Shown: positions 1 to 9,083 of the stretch, piece after piece
How the letters are laid out: the number at the start of each line of letters is the position of its first letter
Numbering within the stretch: the first letter of the stretch is position 1
Assembly (NCBI GenBank): GCA_027118455.1
Contig: JAJAYZ010000044.1
Coordinates: forward strand, 164-64,163
Reading direction: 5' to 3'
Source of the DNA: Actinomycetes bacterium
Lineage (GTDB): Bacteria; Actinomycetota; Actinomycetes; JAHEKZ01
Length of the DNA stretch: 64,000 bases
Made by a program: the position numbers and the translations under genes
Notes under the pieces: generated by a model
The model's input: only the letters and a program-made list of their open reading frames with translations
The model's database searches: none
What the model was told of the DNA's origin: nothing

Positions 1-162
1 GATGGTGGGCTCACCATGAACTATGACAGCTACTCCCAAGATGTTGACTCCCCATTCGTTGCTGGTGGGTGCCAAGTTGGTCAAGCGTGCACCTACCGCA
101 TTGCAGCTGTCGTTGATGCCGGGGTGACCGCCTGGTCCAACTGGAAAACAGCGACCCTCTAG
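1..162 (+). CDS. 3' end of a CDS that starts upstream of the window; fibronectin-III-like C-terminal strands
   Basis: Frame 1 is open from base 1 to TAG 160-162 (...DSPFVAGGCQVGQACTYRIAAVVDAGVTAWSNWKTATL*). It is absent from the ORF track because the start lies outside the window. The Y-R-I-x-A-V...G-x-x-x-W-S pattern resembles the last FN3 strands. Local GC is below the window average. Confidence 0.35.
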   Translation, partial: DGGLTMNYDSYSQDVDSPFVAGGCQVGQACTYRIAAVVDAGVTAWSNWKTATL

Positions 163-290
163 CACATGTCCGTCCTCTCGTGCTCCCGGACTGCCGGTAG
201 CGGCTTCGTTCTCGCCGGTCGAGCCTGGAGTTCCAGCTCTGGTTGGGAACGTGGGTGCCCAACGCTGTCTCAGATGACGTAACCTGACGC

Positions 291-581
291 TCAGGTTCTG
301 CCTTGGCCCCAGTCCCTGGAAGTACCGATCATCGTCACGCCGCGGAACATCGGCCCAATGCTCGGGACTGCGCCTAGGAGCGCATCATCCAACTGATGTG
401 CTCCACGGGTGAGCCAGTTGTCTGGCTGCTTCAGCACCATTTGCGACGCGACACCCGCAGGAACGGCGAAGGCCTGTTCGTAGTGGAACAGGCGGACGGG
501 GCCAAGGAGGACTGCCAAGACAATGGCGAGCGCGCGAATCTTGGGCGGTAGAGCATTTGCACCGTCAACGTTCGTCGTCAT
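291..581 (-). CDS. small membrane protein, family not recognised
   Basis: 96-aa track ORF with one hydrophobic helix (IRALAIVLAVLLGPV) and moderate GC3. Its ATG (581-579) overlaps the stop of the upstream 59-aa ORF within ATGACGACGAACGTTGA. Confidence 0.35.
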   Translation of the reverse strand: MTTNVDGANALPPKIRALAIVLAVLLGPVRLFHYEQAFAVPAGVASQMVLKQPDNWLTRGAHQLDDALLGAVPSIGPMFRGVTMIGTSRDWGQGRT

Positions 582-744
582 TGTCCTCGAACAAGTCGTC
601 GTACTCGATGATCGCGCGGTCCTGGCGGCGAATCATCGCCGCGGCCATCCCCGGCGACACCCCGGAGTACCCCAGGAAACCCGACCACTCCGTTCCGTCC
701 GACTCAGGCTCAACGTCCCACTCCTTGAACGCCGATGCGCTCAT
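565..744 (-). CDS. 59-aa acidic protein (below the track length cut-off), family not recognised
   Basis: Hand translation: MSASAFKEWDVEPESDGTEWSGFLGYSGVSPGMAAAMIRRQDRAIIEYDDLFEDNDDER*. AGGAGG lies 4 nt upstream of ATG 744-742. It is translationally coupled to ORF 291..581. Confidence 0.35.
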   Translation of the reverse strand: MSASAFKEWDVEPESDGTEWSGFLGYSGVSPGMAAAMIRRQDRAIIEYDDLFEDNDDER

Positions 745-816
745 CGCTCCTCCTAGCGGTCCTAGTGACTGCAGACTGGCACAGGGAGGAGAGGCGCGAG
801 CTTCGCTGGGGCCGAG

Positions 817-1563
817 TTAGCCAGATGGCCGACGATCGTTCACCCCTGGGTCCCGTCGCTGAAACAACGTGACCATCAGCTGAGCCTGCCGTTGACACCT
901 GCCCTGCTCAGCGAGGACCCGCTCGATGCGGCGGTCGGGCACCACCCAGAGAATCGCGACGCCAACGAAGATTGCATACGAGATGTACACCGACGCGTAT
1001 GCGGCTGGGATCGCAACGGCGTGAGCCATGACCGGGGCGAGCCCCTTGGTGTCTCGACCCATGGCGCGCGCGGTGAGCGAGTCTTCACCTTGAGACGAGA
1101 TGATGACCCGGACAAGCAAGCTGTAGGCCGCGCCCGCGGCCAACAGCACCATCCCGTACGCGGCGGCGGGGGCAGCGTCGCCCACGTTGTCACCCATCCA
1201 ACTGGTCGCGAAGGGGAATAGCGAGAGACAGAACAACAGCGCCATGTTGGCCCAGAGGATTCCGCCGGTTACCCCGTCGACGGTCTACATCAAGTGGTGA
1301 TGGTTGTTCCAGTAGATGGCGATGTAGAGAAAGCTCAGCAGGTAGCTGAGAAATATCAGATGAGTGTTCCCATCCCACAAGTCGGAGAAGGACGCGGGTC
1401 GGCCGTCGGAGATCGGCGCTCTGAACTCGAGCACCACATAACTGCACGCCGACCGCAAGGTTACTGGGCCAGGGCCGAGATGCTCATCCCATAGACACCT
1501 AGCGGTTCCCGGATGGCAACATTCGGCAGTCACTGTATTGGTATGAGCAACGACGTAAGACAC
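817..1563 (-). pseudogene. DUF1211/TMEM175-type potassium channel homologue interrupted by an in-frame TAG
   Basis: Track ORFs 1285..1563 and 817..1245 share one frame and are separated only by TAG 1285-1287. The joined reading is ...LIFLSYLLSFLYIAIYWNNHHHLM*TVDGVTGGILWANMALLFCLSLFPFATSWMG..., which matches the TMEM175 helix pattern. The N-terminal RxxxFSDG block is not recoverable in this frame. Confidence 0.7.
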
Positions 1564-1791
1564 GCAATGCGAGGCACCTCAGGTGCAGATCTGTTGATCT
1601 GGTGGCAAACCCTCACAAGTGACGAGCAAGACCTGCTGCGAGTCACTCACTCGGTGATCCCAGATGACCCGCACATGATGGCCTTCCTCGCGTCGACCGA
1701 ATGTCCCCTTGTGGAGGCGGCTGACGGCGACGATGCCCTTTACCGGATTGACCGGCCGGATCAACTGCACGCCCTGCTGTCACAGATGTGA
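1543..1791 (+). CDS. hypothetical protein
   Basis: Track ORF 1513..1791, trimmed to the internal ATG at 1543 (MSNDVRHAMRG...). GC3 is moderate and no family was recognised. Confidence 0.3.
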   Translation: MSNDVRHAMRGTSGADLLIWWQTLTSDEQDLLRVTHSVIPDDPHMMAFLASTECPLVEAADGDDALYRIDRPDQLHALLSQM

Positions 1792-1970
1792 CGGCGCGGC
1801 CTGGGCGATTGCCGCTCGCATGGTCGCTCCGAGGTGAACGGGCGATGAACTCTCTCGAATCGAGGAGGAGTCGGGACCTTTGTCCGGTGTGAATCGATGT
1901 GCCTCGGGGTTCGCTAGAACTCAGCAGCGCAGCCACGCGTACCGGCTGGCGGAGGCTCGGAGGTAAGGAA

Positions 1971-2213
1971 ATGGACAGCAGCCAGACCCAGACTCAGGGG
2001 CTAGAAGGCCAGGAACTCGCCCCGGAGTTGGATTGGTTGACGGCTGAACTCGAGGCGCGGTACCCGGCCGCGGCCCCGGAGCAGGTAGCCGCTTTGGTGT
2101 CCTTGGCGGCAGACTCCTTCGCCGACGCCCGCATCACGGACTTCGTGCCGGTGCTGGTCCGTCGAGAGGTCGAACAAGAACTGTGGAGCCTGGGTCTGCA
2201 TCGCGTCAGCTAG
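1971..2213 (+). CDS. three-helix-bundle dimerisation-domain protein (as found N-terminal to actinobacterial LMW phosphatase/ArsC-like proteins)
   Basis: ATG 1971 is preceded by AGGTAAGGA. ...APEQVAALVSLAADSFADARITDFVPVLVRREVEQEL fits the I-x-x-F-[VL]-P-x-L-x-x-R pattern of that family, from memory. Confidence 0.5.
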   Translation: MDSSQTQTQGLEGQELAPELDWLTAELEARYPAAAPEQVAALVSLAADSFADARITDFVPVLVRREVEQELWSLGLHRVS

Positions 2214-2249
2214 CCGCGACCGCCTCACGGATCGGGATCTCTCCCGCAT

Positions 2250-2282
2250 GACTTGATCCGACTTGATCCGACTTGATCCGAC
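2250..2282. repeat. 10-bp tandem direct repeat, 3.3 copies (GACTTGATCC)
   Basis: Read directly: g-acttgatccg-acttgatccg-acttgatccg-ac at 2250-2282. It is intergenic, 112-157 nt upstream of the candidate M23 peptidase starts (2394/2439). Confidence 0.9.
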
Positions 2283-2438
2283 GACGTGAACCTGAGATCC
2301 GTTGTGCACCTTCTGTTCAGGTGGGCGTTGGTTGCGTGTTTCTTTGCTTCGAGAGGCTCGTAGCCACGGTCGGGCAAATCGAACGAGGCAGTCATGGAAG
2401 GTTCGAGCGCGCCGCGTAACACGCGGGGCTGCAGCGTC

Positions 2439-3862
2439 ATGCCCAGACCTAACTCACCGAGCTGGCGGGTTCGCACCACGGTGACGGTGGTCGCAACAGC
2501 TCTTCTCGCGTTGGCCCACCCTGGGTTGCTTGGCCCAGTAGCGGCCAATGCTGCTGGCGAACCGGCGCCGGCTCCGTCGGGGGGCGCCTCTGAGCCCACC
2601 GACCCGAGCCCGAGCCCGAGCCCGAGCCCTGATCCAGTCCCGTCACCGACTTCCACATCCCCAACGCCGGTGCCGTCTCCGAGGGACTCAGGCGGGCCGG
2701 GCGACGGGCCGGGAATCACCCCCGAGCCCGCCCCAGGACCGGTAACTCCCGATTGGAACGCCCCTTCTGGGCACTCGCAGCCAGGAACGTCCAAGGCTGA
2801 GAAGGAACACCAGGGCAAGGCAACCAAGACCTCGGGCAAGCGCGGAGGCAAGGCCGTTGATCCGTTCCTGATTGACGTCGCGCATGACTCCCTCCGCGAA
2901 GCCACCGAGAAGGCTCGGGCCGCAGCTGCGGCCGCTGACCGAGCCCATCGACGTGCAGACCGGGCATCCGCGGTCGAGCGGCGGACCCAGGCTGAACTCG
3001 CCTCGGCTTTCAAGGCGCAGGCACGCGCAGACCAGGTGGCCGGACGGGTTGTTCGGCTCATGAACGCCAACCCGACCGGGGGCGCGCTCCTGGCCGATCC
3101 GGCCATCGCTGGCTTCGTGACCGCCGATCTGGCACCAGATCCAAACACGTACCAGCAGCAGAGCCAGACGCTGACGAACCTCGTTGAGAATGTCTCCGAT
3201 GACCTCGTCCAAGCCCAGAGCGGTGTGGCGCGCCTCGAGGCAGCTCAGCTTGCTTCCTTGCAGCAGGAGGCTGAGGCAGAACGCGCAGTTGCTCGCGCGA
3301 AGACCAGCCAAGCTTCTGCACTCCGAGCGCAGAAGCAAGCCAAGAAAGTCTTCCTGCGCTTGGCGACCGGGTCAAAGGTCAGCGCGAAGGAGGCCTGGTG
3401 GATCAGCCAGTTCGCATCCGGTGACCTCGGACGGTACCTCGCCTCGCTGAGCGGCGGACCGACCGTCGACATGCGCCTCGCCAGGCCGAATGACGGATAC
3501 ATCACCAGCCCCTTCGGGATGCGAATGCACCCCGTGCTGCACGAGTACAAGCTGCACAGCGGGACTGACTTCAGCGGGGGCTCCCTCGGCATAACGGCTG
3601 CTGCGAGCGGCGAGGTGGTCAGAGCCGGATTCGACGTGGCCTACGGTAACTACGTCGTCATTTGGCACGGCAGTTATCAGGACGAATCAGTTGCGACCCT
3701 GTATGCCCACTGCGCCACGCTGGCTGTCAAGGAGGGAGATCGGATCGCTGTCGGTGACCCCATCGGGCAGATCGGAGCACCGGCTATGCCACTGGGCCGC
3801 ATCTACACTTTGAGGTGCGGCTTGCCGGACGACCCGTCGACCCCGAACTCTTCCTGCGCTAG
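2439..3862 (+). pseudogene. secreted M23 (LytM-type) metallopeptidase with coiled-coil region; frameshifted before the HxH motif
   Basis: Signal peptide MPRPNSPSWRVRTTVTVVATALLALAHPGLLGPVAANA, then a PSPSPSPS linker, an Ala/Gln-rich coiled coil, and HSGTDF (HxxxD). After ...DPIGQIG (3774-3775) the canonical end STGYATGPHLHFEVRLAGRPVDPELFLR* is read from 3776 in the frame one base back (TAG 3860-3862). The track frame instead gives APAMPLGRIYTLRC... up to 3878. Confidence 0.75.
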
Positions 3863-5136
3863 CTACCCCCAGCCGTGAACTCCCGGAACGCGGCAAGCCA
3901 CGCGTTCTCAACCTGTGGCGTGACTTCGTAGAACGCAAGCCCATCCTTGAAGTCGGCGGGGAGTACGACGGCGTTGGTCAGGTTCTTGGGGATGAACCCT
4001 TCGTCGATAAGGAACTGCGGGCTGAGCTTGGTCAACGGCGGCTGGTAGCCATTCCATGAGAGGTTCTGCAAGGAGATGTCGTTGTCGAGAAGCGCATTGA
4101 TCATCGTGTGCGCCAGAACCGGCTTCTTTGATGATTTCGGTATGCACATGCAGTCGTTTGTCGTCACCCGCTCTGCCGACGACTCCGGCACCCAGTAGCC
4201 GAGGACGTCTGGAGTCTCGTCCTTGGGAAGGTAGTACTGGCCGGCCATCATGTCCCCGGACCAGCACTGGGCGACGGTGAACACACCTTCGGGAATCTTG
4301 GCGTATCCCGAGACGCCCGTTTGAATGTCGACAAGATCGATCAGCTCGATAAGCTTGTCTTTGGCGGCGTTGATGTAGTCAGCGTTATCGGTGTTGATGT
4401 CGTCGGTGATGCCCCACGCAAGCATGGCCATCGCGAGAGACTCCCGAGAGTCATCCAGCACGCTCGCCTTGCCTGCGTAGGCCGCGTCCCACAGCATCTT
4501 GTAGCCCGGGCTCGGGTCGACATCGCGGTCGGCGCGGTAGCCGATGCCGGTGGTGTAGACCGTATACGGCACGGTGTACTGCGCCTTCTGGTCGTACCAG
4601 GGATCCTGGTACTCGGGCCACGTGTTCGTGATGTTGGGAATGTAGGACTTGTTGAACGGCTGGATGAGCTCGCTGTAGACCATTCGGCTGAGCACGCTGG
4701 GATCGGGGAAGCAGAGGTCAAAAGCGGCCCCTGACTGGTTGAGCTTGTTGAGCATCTCGTCGTAGTTGGCGAACGGTGTGACCTGAACGTCGACGCCGTA
4801 CTTGTCGCCGAAGTCATTCATCACGCTGGGGGCCATGTACTGGTTGTAGTTCAAGATGTTGAGGACGCCGCCGGTCTCGGGAGAGAGTCCATCGCCGATA
4901 GGCGGGTTGGTGTCGGTGATGGGCAAGGTAACCGGGCTGTCGGGCCGCGCAAGGGGGTAGTTGCCGGTGGCGGCTGGCTCGGAGTTGGAACCGCATGCCG
5001 AGAGCAGCGGAGCGGCACTCGCGCCCAGGGAAAGCCAAAGACCTCCGCGAAGGACGTCGCGTCGCTGCACCTGCGCATGCCCAACAAGCGACGGTCGGCG
5101 TCGCGGGTTGTCAGGGTTTGTCGGGTCAAAGGTCAT
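3859..5136 (-). CDS. polyamine (spermidine/putrescine)-type ABC substrate-binding lipoprotein, no cognate permease adjacent
   Basis: Tat-like RRDVLRGG plus lipobox LLSACGS. PotD/PotF-like length and composition. Start trimmed to ATG 5136 (MTFDPTNPDN...). Confidence 0.8.
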   Translation of the reverse strand: MTFDPTNPDNPRRRPSLVGHAQVQRRDVLRGGLWLSLGASAAPLLSACGSNSEPAATGNYPLARPDSPVTLPITDTNPPIGDGLSPETGGVLNILNYNQYMAPSVMNDFGDKYGVDVQVTPFANYDEMLNKLNQSGAAFDLCFPDPSVLSRMVYSELIQPFNKSYIPNITNTWPEYQDPWYDQKAQYTVPYTVYTTGIGYRADRDVDPSPGYKMLWDAAYAGKASVLDDSRESLAMAMLAWGITDDINTDNADYINAAKDKLIELIDLVDIQTGVSGYAKIPEGVFTVAQCWSGDMMAGQYYLPKDETPDVLGYWVPESSAERVTTNDCMCIPKSSKKPVLAHTMINALLDNDISLQNLSWNGYQPPLTKLSPQFLIDEGFIPKNLTNAVVLPADFKDGLAFYEVTPQVENAWLAAFREFTAGGS

Positions 5137-5331
5137 GCCCACTCCTTCTCGGTCCCCGTTCGTGTCCCACCCCACAGGAGAGGCCCACCAGTTGGCTCAT
5201 CTTGGGGGAGTCCGCAGCCAATGTCGAGCACTCACACCCAGTGAGGCCACCTTTCGATTTCGAGGACGTGGCGTCGTTGCCAAGTCGATTCTCCGGCTGG
5301 CGAGCAACCTTCGCCCGGCTAGTCTCGGGTC

Positions 5332-7218
5332 ATGACACAGCACCCTCTCGATCCACTGACGGCCACCGAGTTGAAGTCGGTCGTTGCGACTCTCCGCAGG
5401 GACCGAGGCCTTGATCATCGCCACCTGATGGCCATGGTGCAGTTGGAGGAACCGGCGAAGGAACGCGTCCTCAGTTGGCAGGCGGGCGAGCCGGTTGACC
5501 GCGCTGCCCGCGCTACCGTGTGGAACCGAGCCACAGCGACAGTGAGTGAAGCTGTTGTCACGGTCAATGGCGAGGTTCTGGAGTGGAAGGACATCCCCGG
5601 GGCGCTCTCGCCGGTCCTCGGACCCGAAGCAGATGACGCGCTGGCCGCAGCCAAGGCTGATCCCCGCGTCATTCAAGCGCTCGCCGCCCGCGGAATCGCC
5701 TCGCCCGATGACGTGCACATGGAGACGTGGCCGTTCGGCGCCCAGATACCCGCAGGCCTTGACGATGGTCGCCGGCTCATCTGGACGCCCATGTGGCACC
5801 GCCCACAGCCAGGCGCCAATGTCTACGCTCACCCCATCGGTGGCCTTCGCGCGATCGTTGATCTCGACAACGCCGAGGTGGTGGCCGTTGAGAACGAACC
5901 CGGCATTCCCATTCCCGCAACTCCCGCGCCCTATCGACTCGACGAGACCGGCGGGGGCGTCAAGCTGCGTGAGCTCTCGATTACCCAGCCCGAGGGTGCA
6001 TCGTTCACCGTCGATGGATCGGCGATCAACTGGGAGCGATGGCGCTTCCGGATCGGCTTCTGCCAGCGTGAAGGTCTGGTCATACACGACGTTCGCTTTG
6101 ACGATGAAGGCACCGAGCGTCGTATCGCGCATCGGATGTCGATTGCAGAGCTGGTCATTCCCTACGGTGACCCGAGCCCTGGCGCCTACCGCAAGAATGC
6201 CTTTGACACTGGCGAGTTCGGACTGGGCAACTACACGAACTCACTCGCCCTGGGCTGCGACTGTCTCGGCGAGATTGTCTACATGGATGCTGCCGTTGTT
6301 GACGGTGACGGAAACGTCCGTGAGATCCCCAACGCCATCTGTCTGCACGAGGAAGACTTTGGGATTCTGTGGAAGCACACTGACGAGCTCGGGCACGTCG
6401 AGGTTCGACGGGGACGCCGGTTCGTTGCCTCGTCGATCGTCACGGTCAACAACTACGAATACGGATACTTCTGGTACTTCTACCAGGACGGTTCGATCGA
6501 GTTCGAAGCCAAACTCACCGGCATCGTGCTCACCCTCGCCGCTGAACCGGGTCAGGAGTACCCCTCATCAACCGAAATCGAACCGGGCCTGCTGGCTCCC
6601 TACCATCAGCACATCTTCTGTGCCCGACTTGATCTCGACGTCGACGGCACTGAGAACTCCGTTGTCGAGGTCGATGCAGTAGCGCACCCCATTGGGCCCG
6701 AGAACCCGCACGGAGCTGCCTACGTCACCCGCGAGACACCCCTCGATGTCGAGAGCGCCGCGCAACGGCTGATCGATCCAATGGCGAACCGCTATTGGAA
6801 GGTCATCAACCCGCACCGCACCAACCACGTCGCACAGCCGGTTGGCTACAAACTGGTTCCGGGGCACACGACCTATCCCATGGCTCACCGTGAGTCCGTG
6901 ATCGGGCAGCGTGCTGGATTCATGTATAGCCACTTGTGGGTCACCCCGAACGCTCCTGACGAGAAGTACCCTGCCGGCGACTACCCGTTCCAAGCCGAAG
7001 GCGGCGCAGGCCTGCCCGCCTGGACCAGCGCGAACCGGAGCCTCGAGGACACCGACGTCGTGCTCTGGTACGTATTCGGCACCAATCACATTCCACGCAC
7101 CGAGGACTGGCCCGTCATGCCGGTCGAACGAGCTGGCTTTCACCTCAAGCCCGTCGGGTTCTTTCGCCGTAGCCCAGGTATCGACGTTGCCCCATCAGCG
7201 GCTGTTCACTGCCACTAG
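5332..7218 (+). CDS. copper-containing primary amine oxidase (TPQ cofactor)
   Basis: TPQ precursor motif TVNNYEYGYFWYFYQDG, copper-His block APYHQHIF, and 628 aa, typical of Arthrobacter-type amine oxidases. Confidence 0.9.
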   Translation: MTQHPLDPLTATELKSVVATLRRDRGLDHRHLMAMVQLEEPAKERVLSWQAGEPVDRAARATVWNRATATVSEAVVTVNGEVLEWKDIPGALSPVLGPEADDALAAAKADPRVIQALAARGIASPDDVHMETWPFGAQIPAGLDDGRRLIWTPMWHRPQPGANVYAHPIGGLRAIVDLDNAEVVAVENEPGIPIPATPAPYRLDETGGGVKLRELSITQPEGASFTVDGSAINWERWRFRIGFCQREGLVIHDVRFDDEGTERRIAHRMSIAELVIPYGDPSPGAYRKNAFDTGEFGLGNYTNSLALGCDCLGEIVYMDAAVVDGDGNVREIPNAICLHEEDFGILWKHTDELGHVEVRRGRRFVASSIVTVNNYEYGYFWYFYQDGSIEFEAKLTGIVLTLAAEPGQEYPSSTEIEPGLLAPYHQHIFCARLDLDVDGTENSVVEVDAVAHPIGPENPHGAAYVTRETPLDVESAAQRLIDPMANRYWKVINPHRTNHVAQPVGYKLVPGHTTYPMAHRESVIGQRAGFMYSHLWVTPNAPDEKYPAGDYPFQAEGGAGLPAWTSANRSLEDTDVVLWYVFGTNHIPRTEDWPVMPVERAGFHLKPVGFFRRSPGIDVAPSAAVHCH

Positions 7219-7248
7219 GCGGAACAGAGCCACCGGGACATTGGCGAA

Positions 7249-7458
7249 CTACGTCGAGTGCCCATCCTCGTCGTCGAGGTCAGGATCTCGGGACCTGGTG
7301 GTCTCGCTCATCGTGCCGCCGGCGTTGGCAGCGCGTCCGTCGGCTGGCACCCCAGACTCGTCCGCCCCCTCTATCATCGATGGCTCCGTACGATCCGCGG
7401 GATCGAGCCCCTCTTCGGCGTGGCCGACATCGCGGTCGTCTGATTTCCTGGGAGCCAT
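7249..7458 (-). CDS. small acidic hydrophilic protein, hypothetical
   Basis: Internal ATG of track ORF 7249..7545 (MAPRKSDDRDVGHAEEGLDP...DLDDEDGHST*). GC3 is about 75% in this frame. No family recognised. Confidence 0.3.
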   Translation of the reverse strand: MAPRKSDDRDVGHAEEGLDPADRTEPSMIEGADESGVPADGRAANAGGTMSETTRSRDPDLDDEDGHST

Positions 7459-7572
7459 CTGCATCACCAGCTGGCTGGGCGGACAGAGACAACGGGACCA
7501 GACATGGCTTCGTGGACCTGAGTCATGGGTGACTCCTCTCGGCAAGTGATGTGGTCGCTGGTTCTTGCATCC

Positions 7573-8067
7573 CTACCCGGGTTGACCAGAAGTCAATCCT
7601 GCTCGCGCTTTGTCCAACAGCCGGCACACGGCGTTCAAGGCTGTGGGGGGCGAACGCCTGGCGTCGGTGCTCCGCCCGTCGATCTCGTCTCGAATCACTG
7701 CTCCCTTCCACTGGAGCGTGATGATCCAGTCCTGCCAAGCGTGCTCCATCGACCGGCTCGCTCGCGGTGCCGGCATCTCGCGGTGGTCTCGGCGGATGAA
7801 TGCGGCAACGGGGAAACTGGTTTCCACGGAAAGGTCCTCCTGGCCGAGATGGGCGACGGGTTCAATAGCGGCTCGGATACCCGCGTTCGTGCCCAGCGAA
7901 ACTTTCGACTCCGGCGGGTGGAAGTTTCCAAATAGACGATGCAGGTAGGTGTGGTGGATCCGATGCCATCTGCGAAGGAGGCGAACACCATGACGGCTGG
8001 GGGCAAACGATGAAGGCGCTGCTCGGGAGCGTGATCCCTGACGTCTTGGGGCAGGTGGTATGTCCAT
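7573..8067 (-). CDS. hypothetical protein, 5' part possibly frameshifted
   Basis: The 3' two-thirds (...HRLFGNFHPPESKVSLGTNAGIRAAIEPVAHLGQEDL...EHAWQDWIITLQWKGAVIRDEIDG...) has high GC3. Upstream of about 7950 the GC3 signal moves to another frame (MVFASFADGIGSTTPT...). No family recognised. Confidence 0.3.
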   Translation of the reverse strand: MDIPPAPRRQGSRSRAAPSSFAPSRHGVRLLRRWHRIHHTYLHRLFGNFHPPESKVSLGTNAGIRAAIEPVAHLGQEDLSVETSFPVAAFIRRDHREMPAPRASRSMEHAWQDWIITLQWKGAVIRDEIDGRSTDARRSPPTALNAVCRLLDKARAGLTSGQPG

Positions 8068-8219
8068 TCGCCGTCAGACTGGCGCGCGTCGATGGTATGC
8101 CCGTCGAACTGCGCGAACTCCGCCTGGCAGCTGAGCTGACTCCCAACGTCTATCGACCGGGACTCTCGGTGCTGCTGGCCGAGAACGGACGGCGGTCTGC
8201 GGGGGTGGACAATCTCGCT

Positions 8220-9080
8220 ATGGGTGAAACCGCTGGATCCGTTTCGGTCGGGGGACGCACGCTGCGGGTGACCAGCCCCAACCGGATCGTGTACCCCGGC
8301 GAGGGCGTCACCAAGGCAGCGGTCATCGGCTATTACGTGCGCATGGCTGAGCGCATGCTGCCACACCTTCGTCGGCGTCCGGTCACCCGAATCCGTTGGC
8401 CGGGTGGTGTCACCGAGCCACCGTTCTTCGAGAAGCAGCTTCCCAACGGTGCACCCGATTGGATCGAGACGATCGACCTGACGCACTCCGACGGCACAGT
8501 CACCTACTCCCTTGCGCACGAGCCGGCCGCTCTGGCCTGGTTCGCGCAACAGAATGCGCTCGAGTTGCACGTGCCTCAATGGCGCTGGCATGGTGTCGGC
8601 CCCCGCGTCGACCGCTTGGTCCTCGACCTCGACCCCGGGCCACGAACGGGGCTCGCGGAATGCGCCGAGCTCGCGCTCTGGATGAAGGGACAGCTCGATT
8701 CCGACGGCTTGGAGAACGTGCCCGTCACGAGCGGGAGTAAGGGTATCCACGTCTACGCACGCTGGCGTGCGTCGGATCAGTCGCAGTCAACGAGCGAGTA
8801 CGCCAAGTCCCTCGCGGACTCGGCGGTCGAAGCCTTCCCCAGTTTGGCGACCGCCTCCATGACTAAGGTCGAACGCGAGGGCAAGGTGCTTATCGACTGG
8901 TCGCAGAACAGCCCCTCGAAGACCACGATCACGCCCTACTCACTGCGGGGCCGGGATCGACCCTTTGTGGCAGCTCCTCGAGCCTGGGGCGAGGTGGCGG
9001 ACGCAGGCCTCAGCCATCTGCTCATGTCGGACGCAGTCGAGCGCCTCGACGAACCGGATCCGCTGGCGGTGCTGCTATAG
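8220..9080 (+). CDS. ligD: stand-alone LigD polymerase/primase domain (NHEJ)
   Basis: RTLRVTSPNRIVYPGEGVTKAAVIGYY..., LVLDLDPG (DxD), GSKGIHVYARW and IDWSQN are AEP-type LigD-Pol signatures. The first 70 codons of the track ORF look non-coding. No ligase or phosphoesterase domain is present. Confidence 0.85.
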   Translation: MGETAGSVSVGGRTLRVTSPNRIVYPGEGVTKAAVIGYYVRMAERMLPHLRRRPVTRIRWPGGVTEPPFFEKQLPNGAPDWIETIDLTHSDGTVTYSLAHEPAALAWFAQQNALELHVPQWRWHGVGPRVDRLVLDLDPGPRTGLAECAELALWMKGQLDSDGLENVPVTSGSKGIHVYARWRASDQSQSTSEYAKSLADSAVEAFPSLATASMTKVEREGKVLIDWSQNSPSKTTITPYSLRGRDRPFVAAPRAWGEVADAGLSHLLMSDAVERLDEPDPLAVLL

Positions 9081-9083
9081 CGC

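Noticed and set aside
2283-2438. ydaO/c-di-AMP-type riboswitch upstream of the M23 peptidase (such riboswitches often precede actinobacterial wall hydrolases).
   Set aside because: Only scattered short resemblances were seen (ACGCGGGG, AAAUCGAAC, CGUGAACC). I could not assemble the conserved pseudo-symmetric helices by eye. It needs cmsearch with the ydaO-yuaA covariance model before any call.
2603-2626. (CCCGAG)x4 hexanucleotide tandem repeat.
   Set aside because: It lies inside the M23 peptidase CDS and simply encodes the PSPSPSPS linker. It is not an independent element or a CRISPR-like array.
2225-3148. 307-aa ORF antisense to the M23 peptidase. Similar long antisense ORFs: 7695..8750, 13048..14103, 14207..15319, 20908..21906, 22348..23343, 32686..33648, 42648..43598, 44232..45182, 47777..48415, 53479..54408, 56211..57065, 58937..59803, 62433..63194.
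   Set aside because: Each lies opposite a gene with clear family motifs. They are Arg/Pro/Gly/Ser-rich with no recognisable domains. This is the expected stop-codon-poor antisense frame of high-GC DNA.
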